Source: a bacterium
Lineage (GTDB): Bacteria > Patescibacteriota > Minisyncoccia > UBA6257 > 2-01-FULL-56-20
Reading direction: 5' to 3'
Length of the DNA: 64,000 bases
Assembly: GCA_021780195.1 (NCBI GenBank)
Contig: JAJXZE010000002.1
Location: 20,220 to 84,219, forward strand
Numbering within the stretch: the stretch's first letter is position 1; every line of letters begins with the position of its first letter. The notes under the pieces were generated by a model. That model worked only from the letters and a program-made list of their open reading frames with translations, made no database searches and had not been told where the DNA came from. The position numbers and the translations under genes were made by a program. This document shows positions 18,612 to 28,538 of this stretch, piece after piece.

Positions 18612-19328
18612 TTATTGGTCGGCCTGCTCCCGGGACACTTTCTGCTCTTGGGGTACGGGGATGCCCTCCCGCTCGACGGTTTGCGGGTTGTAGAAATTAT
18701 AGAAAAGTTCGACGAGGGCATCATCCTCAAGGACGGTGGCCTCGAGACCCGTGACGACGAGCCCATTCAAAACCTGGGCGGTGCGCTGGTTGAGCTGGGA
18801 GAGGTTTTCCTGGAATATACGCTCCGTTTCCTCGTCCCCTTTTGCCTTCTGCGCTTCCGCGGACCCTTTTTTCTTCCCGCCGAAGAAGGAGAATATCCCT
18901 CCCGCGGTTTTCTGCACCGAAAGGGTGGCGGGATAGAACGGCACGACCACGAGGAACGTCTTCTCCATGATCGCATTCTTCTCCACGAAGCCTCTGATGA
19001 AGGCGATATATTCGTCGATCTGGCTCTGGAGGAGCGCGGACTGCTCCCCGTTCTTCCGGGAAGTGAGCGTCGCGATATATTTGTCGATGTTCACCTTGCG
19101 CGAATGAATGACGATCTGAAGCGGGAAATCGATGCCGTTCAGGAACGATTGATACCCCTGAGTGATGATCTCCTGCTCCGTTTCCGACTTGAGGGCGAAG
19201 TTCACCCCGCCCACCATGACGATCTGCCGGAAACTGCCGTCCTTCAGGATGACGGTGCGGTCGCGGATCGACTCGATATTCACAAGGTCGAGCGAATTGC
19301 CGAGGTCATTTTTTGAGGGGAGCGCCAT
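18612..19328 (-). CDS. VirB4/TrbE-type ATPase, N-terminal domain ORF
   Basis: Start trimmed to ATG 19328 (MALPSKNDLGNSLDLVNIESIRDRTVILKDGSFRQIVMVGGVNFALKSE...), a CagE/TrbE/VirB4 N-domain-like sequence. Its stop TAA lies 2 nt before the ATG of the ATPase ORF, in a different frame. Confidence 0.7.
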   Translation of the reverse strand: MALPSKNDLGNSLDLVNIESIRDRTVILKDGSFRQIVMVGGVNFALKSETEQEIITQGYQSFLNGIDFPLQIVIHSRKVNIDKYIATLTSRKNGEQSALLQSQIDEYIAFIRGFVEKNAIMEKTFLVVVPFYPATLSVQKTAGGIFSFFGGKKKGSAEAQKAKGDEETERIFQENLSQLNQRTAQVLNGLVVTGLEATVLEDDALVELFYNFYNPQTVEREGIPVPQEQKVSREQADQ

Positions 19329-19354
19329 AGGATTATTTTCCCATAATTTTACGC

Positions 19355-19852
19355 CTACCGGTAGTCCACGCGGCGCGCGGCATTGCGGTCGCCGCTCCGT
19401 TCGCGGAATATCTGGTAGCGCTGGGACATTTTTTGCTCGACGAATTGCTTGTCGGACTCCTTTTGGCCCGTCTGCACCGCGGTCCACGCCTTGTGGAGCG
19501 CCATGCCCTGGGCGATGGCTTCGAGCCGGCCGCCGCCCGCCCGTTCGGGAGTTTTTTGCTGGGGCAGTGCGTGGTGCTCTGCTTTCCAGACGTAGGCCTG
19601 TGGCTGCCAGTAGAAATGGAAGGCCGCGGAGAGCACCTTGGCGAACGGCCGGCCGTTGACCTTCACGAATGCGAGCGCGGCGGCTCCGCCGAGGATAAGG
19701 ACCGTAAGAATGAACCAGAGCCACGTTTGGAGCATGAAGTAAAGAAGGGCGCTTGCCCCCGCGCCGACCCCCACGTAAACGAACTGCCGGAGCGTGAGGG
19801 GCCCGACGAGCTTGTCTTCGGTCTCGATGAACTGCGGGACCTGGAATTGCAT
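19355..19852 (-). CDS. PrgI-family (VirB3-like) membrane protein
   Basis: MQFQVPQFIETEDKLVGPLTLRQFVYVG... followed by two TM helices. This is the characteristic PrgI-family N-terminus. Confidence 0.7.
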   Translation of the reverse strand: MQFQVPQFIETEDKLVGPLTLRQFVYVGVGAGASALLYFMLQTWLWFILTVLILGGAAALAFVKVNGRPFAKVLSAAFHFYWQPQAYVWKAEHHALPQQKTPERAGGGRLEAIAQGMALHKAWTAVQTGQKESDKQFVEQKMSQRYQIFRERSGDRNAARRVDYR

Positions 19853-19924
19853 GTCCTTATTATAGAGCGGAATATCATAAAGCCGAAGCCCCTCGCGGGA
19901 CGAGGGGCGGACATGATCGTGTGT

Positions 19925-21013
19925 TTACGGCTTTCGCGGCGGCGGAGGAGGCGGAGGCGCGGGTATCAATGGACGCGGCGACGGGGGAAGCGGCGGCCGT
20001 GACGGAAGCGATCCCGGCGGTGGAACCGATGATGCCCGCGCTATCGGCATCTGCGGCGCATGCGGTATCGGAGGCACTGGGAGTTTCGGTGTAATCGGCG
20101 CGGCCGTTGGCGCTGGCGACAACGGTGGCTTCGGCGGGGGCGGCGTCGGTGGCGAAGGTGGCGTAGCGTCGGTGATCTCGGTGACGCTCCTTCCCGCCGC
20201 CGGCTTGAACTCCGTGTAGTGAACGACGCGCGGAGTTTGTAAGGAAGCCCCCGTGGTGAAACCGCTCGTGCCGGACGGCTTCGGTGCCGGGGGCATCTTT
20301 GACGGAATGGTTCCTGATCCGCCGAACTCCAGCACCGCGGGCCTGGACGGCGCCGCCGGTTTTTGTCCGCCGAGCGTCACGCCGGCGATATTCGCCCCCG
20401 GACGTTCAAGGTGGAAGTCGGGAGTTTTTTGGAGAGGCGTCGCCCCCGCATCCTGATGGATTATCATCGGCGCGGGTCCCGCGGCCGGCGGTTGTCCTGG
20501 GACGCCGACAGCCCGCACGTTTTTTAAGCGATCAAATTCTCCGCTCGCTGGCGCCTCGGCCGGCATCTTCGACCAGCCGGGAGAGGAGAGCGGGGGTGCG
20601 GGAGGCATGGTAGGGGTAAGGGGGGGGAGAGGAATTCCGGTATCCTGGTTAGATGTCTGCGTCATGGATGGCGCGGCGGCTAGGAGGCTGGAAGGTTGGT
20701 AGATTTTTTCAAGGTCGTTCTTTAGCGGCGCGAAAACTCTTTGCAGGAGCGATTCTTGAATGACGTCGGCGACCTGGGCGGGGAGTCCGGTTTCTTCTCT
20801 GATTTCCCTCGCAAGGTCATCGGGATGGAGAAATCCCAGAAGAACATATCCGGCAAGTTTCGATATCGGAGCGATTTTTTCCTCCGGCACATGCTGTCCC
20901 TCGCAGGTGTTCCAGAAGAATTCTGAGTTTGTGTCGGAATAGAGAGCTTCCCTTAATATGAGGGGGAGAGAGTCCCACCTTTGAAGCGCCTGATCCTGAG
21001 ATATGTTCATCAT
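19925..21013 (-). CDS. Proline-rich hypothetical protein
   Basis: 362 aa with a structured N-terminal ~100 aa and then a P/A/S-rich low-complexity region ending PPPPPPPRKP. Confidence 0.5.
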   Translation of the reverse strand: MMNISQDQALQRWDSLPLILREALYSDTNSEFFWNTCEGQHVPEEKIAPISKLAGYVLLGFLHPDDLAREIREETGLPAQVADVIQESLLQRVFAPLKNDLEKIYQPSSLLAAAPSMTQTSNQDTGIPLPPLTPTMPPAPPLSSPGWSKMPAEAPASGEFDRLKNVRAVGVPGQPPAAGPAPMIIHQDAGATPLQKTPDFHLERPGANIAGVTLGGQKPAAPSRPAVLEFGGSGTIPSKMPPAPKPSGTSGFTTGASLQTPRVVHYTEFKPAAGRSVTEITDATPPSPPTPPPPKPPLSPAPTAAPITPKLPVPPIPHAPQMPIARASSVPPPGSLPSRPPLPPSPRPLIPAPPPPPPPRKP

Positions 21014-23241
21014 GTCTTTTTCTTGGCGCCGCCATCATCGCCCCCGCCCTTCTTTTCTTCCCCACCCCCTTTTTCTTCACCCCCGAAGCCGAAGGCGTTA
21101 TTCGCGTACGCATTCTTAAAAGACTTTCGCGCAAATCCCGCCATTCTTGCGCGATCCTCATCCCCGCTCGCCTTCGCAACCCTAAAGTTTTCATCGAGTA
21201 TGGCGAGATACCGCCCATGGACAGCCTTAAGCGTCTGCGATTTCATCTTTGGGATAAGTGGGGCCATCAGCTGAGGCGCCTTTTCAGCAAAGGATTTCAT
21301 GAGCACTTCAGTCGCCGCAGAAAAGCGTCCTGCGGCATCGCGCTTAAATATACCCTCAACATTAAATTTGGACATGTCGCTCTTTTTGAGCGAGTCGACG
21401 AACTTGTTGGTTGCATCCTGAAGCTTCATCATCGCCTTATATCCTGCTTGCGCTGCCTGCGGGAGACGGGAAAGTTCTGCATCCACAGCCCTCTGCTTTT
21501 CCTCCCCCTCCGGCATCTTTGAGAATTTATCCTTCAGTTCCGCGATGGATTTCTCAAGCTTTTCCTTTGCCTCTGGCGTTTTCTCGTCCGCTGGCAATTT
21601 ATTAAATTCTTTTTCAGCGTCTCTAATCTCCTCGTTGCTCCCGAACGCCTTGTCTGCCTCCTTGGAGTTCTTTCCCTGTCCATAGCGCCTTACCTCGTCT
21701 TGGTGGGCGTCGAGCCACTCAGGTGCCGACACTCCCTGAATCGTCGTATCTTTATCGAGCTCATTTTGTTTAATAAGCTTTGCGATGCGGGCAAAGGTAT
21801 CTTCCATGTTCATATTCCCCTTAAGTTCATTCTTGGTGATCGTGGGATCTTCGGACACCTTCTTTTCAGCATCCTTTACGAGGTTCTCATTGGTTGAAAC
21901 GCGGGCGATGCCGCGACCAGCAAGAGAGGCCACCCTGCTATCACTTCTCTGAAGCCTTCCGGTAATATTAAGCTTGCTGTCGGCTTTTTGGTAGGCGAGG
22001 CGCACACCCTTCGCCGTCTGCTTCGTGGCATACCCACCTGCCGCCTTCCCTATCTTGCTTGCAGTCGACTGAACCATCCCGATCGCAGCGCCAGCGCCTT
22101 TGATGCCAAGCGAGTCCGCGGCTTTGAGACCACCGAGGAGTAGGCCGCCGAGGACAACCGAGTCCATCACGGTATATATGATGGTCGTAAAGACGCCCTG
22201 GTTGGTCGTGCCGATGCCCTCTGCACCGGCGAAATAGGTGCTATTAGTTACCCGGAGGGCGAGATAGATAAAGAACAGGGAAATCGCGGGGAAAAATGTC
22301 CATCGGAAAAAGGACTGCCACCATTCCGAAAAATGGTTTCCAAGTTTCGGGAACGCGTAGGTGAGCCACGCGAGAGGGAGAAGGACGAGGAGGATGGCGA
22401 GATAGGCATAGCGGACGAACAGAAGCGCTGCAATCGTAAAGAGTGAGAAAGCGGCTATGGCCAAAAAGATCATACCAAAGAGCGAGTAGAGAACGATAGC
22501 GATTATTTGGTTGGCAGCATCGGCAACGCCTCCGAATAGTGCTCCGAACATACATCCCAAGATCGGACCACCCGGGATGCCCGGGGTGCCGACCGCTAGC
22601 CCCGTTTTGCAACCCTCCGCCGAATTTTTGGAATTCCAGAGACTGAAATCGGGGCTGTCATATCTTTGAATATGAAAGCTGCCAGCGAGGCTTGACGCAA
22701 GACCATCGCCACCGTTAAACGACTGGATGAAATTATTCGACAGGCTATCCGAAAAAGCCACGATTGGGCGCGTGACCACTAGGCCAAAGTTCACGAGGAT
22801 CGCCATAGCGACGAGCTTCCAGAGGAGCTGCTTTACCCCGTAGGTTTGATTTCGCAGGATGGTAGCGAGCGCGATAATAATGATGCCAAGAACAAAGCCG
22901 AGATTCGCGATGGCAAGGGTGAGCGAAAATCCAATTTGCACCATCGGGGAATCGAAGACGTGGCTGTTGAGCGCAAGCATTTGCACAACGAGGAATGATG
23001 CGAGGGAAATTAATATCTTCAAAAACTGATTAATGACATAGGTAACCAACCAGATGCCGGCAAGAGCCGGACCAAGAAATACGGTGGTGAGTACTCCGGG
23101 GGTATCGGTGCGCGGCAAGGTGATCTTATTCGGGTCAGTAGTTTGCGCGCCTGCAACGTGGGCGATAGCAAGACCGCCTAAAAGAACGAGCGCCACAAGA
23201 ATGATGGCACCGAATCGCTTATGATTCGAGATGGCTTTCAT
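21010..23241 (-). CDS. Large polytopic membrane protein, possible VirB6/TrbL-like channel component
   Basis: 743 aa with a signal peptide, at least 8 TM helices and a K/E-rich cytoplasmic tail. Both topology and position next to VirB4/PrgI suggest the role. No motif-level proof. Confidence 0.4.
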   Translation of the reverse strand: MKAISNHKRFGAIILVALVLLGGLAIAHVAGAQTTDPNKITLPRTDTPGVLTTVFLGPALAGIWLVTYVINQFLKILISLASFLVVQMLALNSHVFDSPMVQIGFSLTLAIANLGFVLGIIIIALATILRNQTYGVKQLLWKLVAMAILVNFGLVVTRPIVAFSDSLSNNFIQSFNGGDGLASSLAGSFHIQRYDSPDFSLWNSKNSAEGCKTGLAVGTPGIPGGPILGCMFGALFGGVADAANQIIAIVLYSLFGMIFLAIAAFSLFTIAALLFVRYAYLAILLVLLPLAWLTYAFPKLGNHFSEWWQSFFRWTFFPAISLFFIYLALRVTNSTYFAGAEGIGTTNQGVFTTIIYTVMDSVVLGGLLLGGLKAADSLGIKGAGAAIGMVQSTASKIGKAAGGYATKQTAKGVRLAYQKADSKLNITGRLQRSDSRVASLAGRGIARVSTNENLVKDAEKKVSEDPTITKNELKGNMNMEDTFARIAKLIKQNELDKDTTIQGVSAPEWLDAHQDEVRRYGQGKNSKEADKAFGSNEEIRDAEKEFNKLPADEKTPEAKEKLEKSIAELKDKFSKMPEGEEKQRAVDAELSRLPQAAQAGYKAMMKLQDATNKFVDSLKKSDMSKFNVEGIFKRDAAGRFSAATEVLMKSFAEKAPQLMAPLIPKMKSQTLKAVHGRYLAILDENFRVAKASGDEDRARMAGFARKSFKNAYANNAFGFGGEEKGGGEEKKGGGDDGGAKKKT

Positions 23242-23244
23242 CGA

Positions 23245-25524
23245 TTACGGCGTGGTTCCCGGCGTCGAGGTCGGGTTTGCAATGATCGTCACGCTACAGG
23301 TGGAAGTGCTGTTGTCGGTTGAGGCCATGACCTCCGCGGTAAAGGTTCCGAGCTGGGTGTAGGTCGCGTCGAGCGTGCCGGTGTCGGATGAGATCTGGGT
23401 GGACGAGGCACCCTGAGCGGTCCATGAATAGATCGGCGACCCGTCGCTGTTTTCGTATGCGGGGCAGTCGTTGTTTGCGGCGCAGGCGACGTCGGTCGCT
23501 CCGCCAATGGCGGTAAATTCAACCACGGTCTCTGGGCCGTCGAGCGTGACGGTCTGCGAGGGCGGGTTGCAGGTGACTCCCGGCTGGGAGGACGCGGAGA
23601 TGTCCGTCGAGCCGCCCACGGAGACGCCGGTAAGTCCGGAGTCGGAGTAGCCGCCACCGTTCAAGCCGTTATTGATCGCCTGGTTCGAATAATTGATCGC
23701 GCTCTGTGCGAGAGAGTTGAGGAGCGAGTGGGTAAGCGCGAGCGCGATGCCGGTCCATGTTTTTGCGTTGGTGATAAGGTCGACAGTGCTCTTGAGTGCC
23801 GCACTAAGCGACTGCGCAGTCGCGGCGCCCGGAGAGGTGACTTTCGGTTCGCTCCCGTCCGCGCAACGGCCGCCATTCGGGAGGGTGAGGGGGGTGTCTC
23901 CGGCGTTGCACTGCCCGTTCTTCCCCGCGGGGTAGCTGATGTTGGTTCCCTGTATGGTGCAGATCGTCTTCGTCCCATTGGGATTGCTCCCGTCGGCGCA
24001 TTGCGCGCTCCCCGTGAATCCCGATCCTGCAGTGAATTGAGCGATGGATGCGGCCTGCTGTTGTTCGCCCGCGGCATTGGCAAGCTCGGCATTGAAATAG
24101 AGGCCTCCGTAATAGTTTCCGCTCGGAAGCATGCTTGCGCTGAACGCGGACCATCCGCCGTTCGAAAAGTTGTCGTAAAAATTCTGGAGGGTGTTGCCCG
24201 TGCCGAGCGCCTGTTGGAAAGTGTTGGCGCAGGAATTGCCTCCGCTCGGCGCGTAGAATATCCCGAGCGTGGTGCGCATCTGGGGCGCGAAGCCCGGATA
24301 GACGCACTGCATCTGCTGGTCGATGGCGGCGAGCGCGGACTGCGTATAGGCATTCGCGAGGGTCGTCCCCCACTGCGTGATGAAGCGCGGCGCGCCGCTC
24401 CCCTGGATCCAGGCGAGTACCTTCTGCTGAACGATGGTGATCAGAGCGTTTTTCAATATCTGGAGCGCGATGTCCTGGGCATAGGCGAGAATCTGCCTCG
24501 CAAGCGATTCGTGGACCGAGATGGAACTTGCTAGTGTGAATTTTGAGATCAGCTTTACCGCGGTCTCCGCGGGGATGTCCTCCACGGCAATCTGAGCGTG
24601 CGCGGTTCGGACGGAGAAGATGCTTTCAAGAAATGCGAACGGAGAGGCGGCCGTATTGGCTTCGGAAGAAGGGCCGGCGGGCGGGATGGTTTGTCCCGTC
24701 AATTCCTTCCACTGATTCCCGAGCTCGAGGGCGACGGTATCGTAGCGGGCTCCTTCTGCCTGGAGCACCACCGATGCCCGCGCGGGATCCTGCGATGCAT
24801 TTGCGGCAACTGCGAGCACATTTTTTTCATACACAAGGACTTTTACAAAGTCGCGCTGAAATGCGGCGAAAGGTGCGGGGGTGGGAAGAGCCGCCGCGTC
24901 GGCGAGGGCGCTCTGAACAAGTCCGGAGATGGAGGTCAAGCTCGCCGAGTCGCCCTGGGCAAGCGTGCCCTCAAGGCCAGAGGCCTGATAATATTTATTG
25001 ACGAGATTTTTAATGCCGCTCGCATAGCTCTGGACGTCAGCGGCCGAATAGCGATCCTGGATATTCAGTTTCACCTGCGCCGCCTCGATGTCCCAGTTCG
25101 GGATATCGGTGCTCATAAGGGCGGGACTCTTCGAGAGATTGCCCGCAAGGGCTTGCATGTCCGGCGCGGAGATTATGGGATTCCCGTTCGCATCCGTCTG
25201 TACGCCGGCGGGATTTGCCGCCACGAGATTGTCGAGGAGCGAACTTGCGAGAGAGGCGGTAAGGTTTGACTGGTCGCTTGAGGTTGCGGTCGCCACGGCT
25301 CCGGCCGCCGCCGCCGCGCCTTGTCCTGCGGGAAGGTTCAGGAACGCGGTACCGGCCGCGGCCGCGCCGGAAGCGCCCGCCGCGGTAATCGAGGGGGCGG
25401 AGCCGTCCGGCGACGCCGGCGTGCCCGGCGACGCCGTTTCAATGCCGGCGATAATGAGCGCGGAAGAGCTTGCCGCGGCTGCCAGGATCAGAAACCCGGT
25501 GATCAGCCTTTTGACATCGATCAT
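23245..25524 (-). CDS. Large secreted hypothetical protein (759 aa)
   Basis: N-terminal signal/TM segment (LITGFLILAAAASSSALIIAG) and an A/G/S/T-rich body. First gene of the operon. Confidence 0.55.
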   Translation of the reverse strand: MIDVKRLITGFLILAAAASSSALIIAGIETASPGTPASPDGSAPSITAAGASGAAAAGTAFLNLPAGQGAAAAAGAVATATSSDQSNLTASLASSLLDNLVAANPAGVQTDANGNPIISAPDMQALAGNLSKSPALMSTDIPNWDIEAAQVKLNIQDRYSAADVQSYASGIKNLVNKYYQASGLEGTLAQGDSASLTSISGLVQSALADAAALPTPAPFAAFQRDFVKVLVYEKNVLAVAANASQDPARASVVLQAEGARYDTVALELGNQWKELTGQTIPPAGPSSEANTAASPFAFLESIFSVRTAHAQIAVEDIPAETAVKLISKFTLASSISVHESLARQILAYAQDIALQILKNALITIVQQKVLAWIQGSGAPRFITQWGTTLANAYTQSALAAIDQQMQCVYPGFAPQMRTTLGIFYAPSGGNSCANTFQQALGTGNTLQNFYDNFSNGGWSAFSASMLPSGNYYGGLYFNAELANAAGEQQQAASIAQFTAGSGFTGSAQCADGSNPNGTKTICTIQGTNISYPAGKNGQCNAGDTPLTLPNGGRCADGSEPKVTSPGAATAQSLSAALKSTVDLITNAKTWTGIALALTHSLLNSLAQSAINYSNQAINNGLNGGGYSDSGLTGVSVGGSTDISASSQPGVTCNPPSQTVTLDGPETVVEFTAIGGATDVACAANNDCPAYENSDGSPIYSWTAQGASSTQISSDTGTLDATYTQLGTFTAEVMASTDNSTSTCSVTIIANPTSTPGTTP

Positions 25525-25614
25525 TGTTTCTATTATAGCTCAATGCCGCGCGCCATGCGAGCGGTTGTTATCCACAAAGTGCCAGTTTTTATGCGGGCTT
25601 CCTGCGGTCGCCGG

Positions 25615-26490
25615 TCACTCTCCGTGCGGCGCTCCGAAGAATTCGCGTCCGATGCCCGCGACGTCGTCAACTGAAAGGTTCTGGGGCCTGAGCGACGGAT
25701 CGAGGCCGAGCTTGGAAAGTCCTGCGGAGATTTCTCCGCGCGTGACGGGTGCGGCGGTCGCGCTGGCCGCGCCGCCGGTTCGTTCGCCGCCCGCGGCAGC
25801 AATGTTATTGAGCAGGGTCTTTCTCGGCTGGGCGAAAAGCGCCCTGAGTGCGGCATAGTACGAAAGCGAAAATGCGCGCGCCTTGTCCCCACCCTCAGCG
25901 GTAGGCGCTCCTTTCCGCGCGAGCCGCATGACAGCGGAATCGACTTTTGGCGCGGGGCTGAAATCCTCCTTGTTGACGGAGAAGAGCGTGGTTGCATCGG
26001 CCCAGTACTGCACGCTCGCGGCGAGCCGGTTCATCCGCGGCGGATGCGCGGCCGTCCGCTCCGCGACCTCCTTTTGCACCATAAGGACGGCGAGTGCGGG
26101 CCGCGGGTCGAGCTCACCGATCTCACGCAGTAGATGGCCGGTGAGGTAGTAAGGGATATTGCCGGTTATTTTATTAAATGCGGGACGAGGAGCGGCACCG
26201 CGCATATGGGTTTTCAGAAAAGAGAGGATATCGTCCGCGACGATCTCGACGCGATCCGCGAAGCCGGCCTCCTTAACGCGCGTCGCAAGGGCCGCGGCAA
26301 GGGCTTCGTCCCTTTCGACGGCGATCACGCGGCCGCCGTGAGCGGCGCATTTTCCCGCGAGCGGCAGGGTGAGCTCGCCGTGGCCCGGCCCGATTTCGAG
26401 AATTGTGTCGCCGGCGGAAAGCTCGAGCGCGGCGACGATCTTCCCGATCACCGTTTCGTTTTTCATAAAGTGCTGTCCAAGACGGCGCAT
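25615..26490 (-). CDS. rsmA: 16S rRNA (adenine1518/1519-N6)-dimethyltransferase
   Basis: MRRLGQHFMKNE... and the SAM motif ILEIGPGHGELT. Confidence 0.9.
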   Translation of the reverse strand: MRRLGQHFMKNETVIGKIVAALELSAGDTILEIGPGHGELTLPLAGKCAAHGGRVIAVERDEALAAALATRVKEAGFADRVEIVADDILSFLKTHMRGAAPRPAFNKITGNIPYYLTGHLLREIGELDPRPALAVLMVQKEVAERTAAHPPRMNRLAASVQYWADATTLFSVNKEDFSPAPKVDSAVMRLARKGAPTAEGGDKARAFSLSYYAALRALFAQPRKTLLNNIAAAGGERTGGAASATAAPVTRGEISAGLSKLGLDPSLRPQNLSVDDVAGIGREFFGAPHGE

Positions 26491-26510
26491 GATGGTATTC
26501 AGTGTACCAT

Positions 26511-28538
26511 TTAGTCGAGCGAGATAGTGCGCTCCCCGAACCCTTCTTCATAAAAGCCGGCGCCACCGTCGTCATCATCGTCTCCGCCCCCGCCGGCCCT
26601 GTCTCCGCCTCCGTCCGAAGCGGCAGCGAATGTAATGAGCTCGGCGGGAATTTCGCTCACGAACCTCGACGGCATGCCGTAAAAACTTATGGAGAGACGC
26701 TTCCGCGCGCGTGTCATCGCGACGTACATCAGGCGCCGCTCCTCTTCGACCGAATCCTCGCGCTCGATGGAGCGCGCGTGCGGCAGGAGTCCTTCCGCGG
26801 CGCCCGCAAGGAATACATTGTCGAATTCGAGGCCCTTTGCGAGATGGATGGTCATGAGCGCCACTTCGTTCTTCGTACCGCCGCGCGGCGCGGAACCGCG
26901 CGGCGGTGCGGTGCGCTCCTCCTTCGCCCCTGCCGTCTCGTCGTCCGTGGCCTGCAGTAAACTAACTTTCTCAAGGAATTCCGCCAGGTTTTTGAATTCG
27001 GACGCGAAGCGGATCAGCTCGGCGATATTCTCCTCGCGCTCGCCGGCGTTCAGGAAGTTTCCCTCGAGATAGTCGAGATAGCCGAAGGAAGCCATGAAGA
27101 TTTTCATGACCTCGGCCGGAGCGCGCTCCACGAGCGCGGCCGCCTTTTCGCGGAAGACCGCGAATTTGCGCTTGGTCAGATTCTTCTCGAGCCGCTCCCG
27201 CGCGACCTCGTCCCGCGGATTCGACACCCAGCGAAGCGCGGCGACGGCATCCTTCACCTCGCGGCGTTCGTAGAATTTCAGCCCGCCAAAGATACGGTAA
27301 GGAATGCCGCGCCGGATGAGCGCCTGCTCGATCGCGCGCGACTGCGCGTTCGTGCGGTAGAGAACCGCGATCTCCGCGCCGTTTTTTCCTGTGCCGTCAT
27401 CTCCCGAAGCGCGGTCCCCCGCGTGCAGATCTTCGATCGCGTTCATGATCCATTCCGCCTCCTCGTTTTCGCCCCACGCCTCGTACAGGTGGATGCGCTC
27501 TCCGTCCGGATTGCCGGTCCATAATTTTTTCGGCGTGCGGAACCGGTTGTGTTCCGCGACCGCCGCCGCCGCGCGGATGATCATTCCCGTGGAGCGATAA
27601 TTTTCCTCGAGAAAATATATTTTCGCATGCGGCCATTCCTTCTCAAAGTCGAGAAAGGTGCGGATGTCCGCATAGCGCCAGCTGTAGATGGTCTGTTCAT
27701 CGTCCCCCACCACGGACAGGTTGCGGTGGCTCGCGGCGAGCAGCTTCACGAGTTCGTACTGCTTAGGATTGATGTCCTGATATTCGTCGACGAGGATGGC
27801 GTCGAACATTCCCTGGTACTTCGCGAGCGTTTCCGGTCGCGCGCGGAAGATCGCCACCGGTTTTTCGATGAGATCGTCAAAGTCGAACGCGTTATTCCGC
27901 GCAAGCGACGCTTCGTATTTCTCGAAGACCGCGCGCACAAGCGCCGCGCGCTCCGCGTCCACGCCGTCGGCTTCCCGTCCCCCACCGTGCCCGTCCCGCG
28001 CCCTGCCGCCCGCAAGATTCTTCATGTCGGCAATTTTCCCCGAAAAAAACGCCGGCGTATCTTTCTTGAAACGCTCCTTCGGGACCACCGCCTTCACCAC
28101 TTTTTTCAGAAGATCGAACGAGTCGTGGTCATCGAAGATGGTGAAGTCGGGCGTCCGGCCGAGCGCGCGGCACTCCTTCCTTAATATTCTTGCCCCAAGC
28201 GAATGGAAGGTAAGGAGGAGGGGTCCCGGGCCGGCGTTTTTCCCGCCCGCCGCGATCGCCGCCACCACGCGATTCCTCATTTCCTGTGCGGCTTTATTGG
28301 TGAAAGTGATGGCGCAGATCCGCTGGGGAGGGGTCCCCGTTGCGATGAGGTGGACGATCCGGCTCGTGAGCGTCCGCGTCTTGCCCGTTCCCGCCCCTGC
28401 CACTATAAGGAGGGGCTGGATTGGCGCTTTTGCGGCCGCTTCCTGGGCCGGATTCAGCGGGAAAGACGCGTTTTTACTGTCTTTTTCACTGGTTTTGGCT
28501 GGATTTTCCTTGTTTTCTTGTTGCCGGTGGGTGATCAT
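26511..28538 (-). CDS. pcrA: UvrD/PcrA-family ATP-dependent DNA helicase
   Basis: Motif I AGAGTGKT, motif II VDEYQD, and the conserved C-terminal region (VAMTRARKRL). Confidence 0.9.
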   Translation of the reverse strand: MITHRQQENKENPAKTSEKDSKNASFPLNPAQEAAAKAPIQPLLIVAGAGTGKTRTLTSRIVHLIATGTPPQRICAITFTNKAAQEMRNRVVAAIAAGGKNAGPGPLLLTFHSLGARILRKECRALGRTPDFTIFDDHDSFDLLKKVVKAVVPKERFKKDTPAFFSGKIADMKNLAGGRARDGHGGGREADGVDAERAALVRAVFEKYEASLARNNAFDFDDLIEKPVAIFRARPETLAKYQGMFDAILVDEYQDINPKQYELVKLLAASHRNLSVVGDDEQTIYSWRYADIRTFLDFEKEWPHAKIYFLEENYRSTGMIIRAAAAVAEHNRFRTPKKLWTGNPDGERIHLYEAWGENEEAEWIMNAIEDLHAGDRASGDDGTGKNGAEIAVLYRTNAQSRAIEQALIRRGIPYRIFGGLKFYERREVKDAVAALRWVSNPRDEVARERLEKNLTKRKFAVFREKAAALVERAPAEVMKIFMASFGYLDYLEGNFLNAGEREENIAELIRFASEFKNLAEFLEKVSLLQATDDETAGAKEERTAPPRGSAPRGGTKNEVALMTIHLAKGLEFDNVFLAGAAEGLLPHARSIEREDSVEEERRLMYVAMTRARKRLSISFYGMPSRFVSEIPAELITFAAASDGGGDRAGGGGDDDDDGGAGFYEEGFGERTISLD

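Noticed and set aside
25568-25576. Perfect DnaA box TTATCCACA upstream of the T4SS-like operon.
   Set aside because: It is a single isolated box with no cluster or AT-rich DUE. It may be regulatory, but there is not enough evidence for a feature call.
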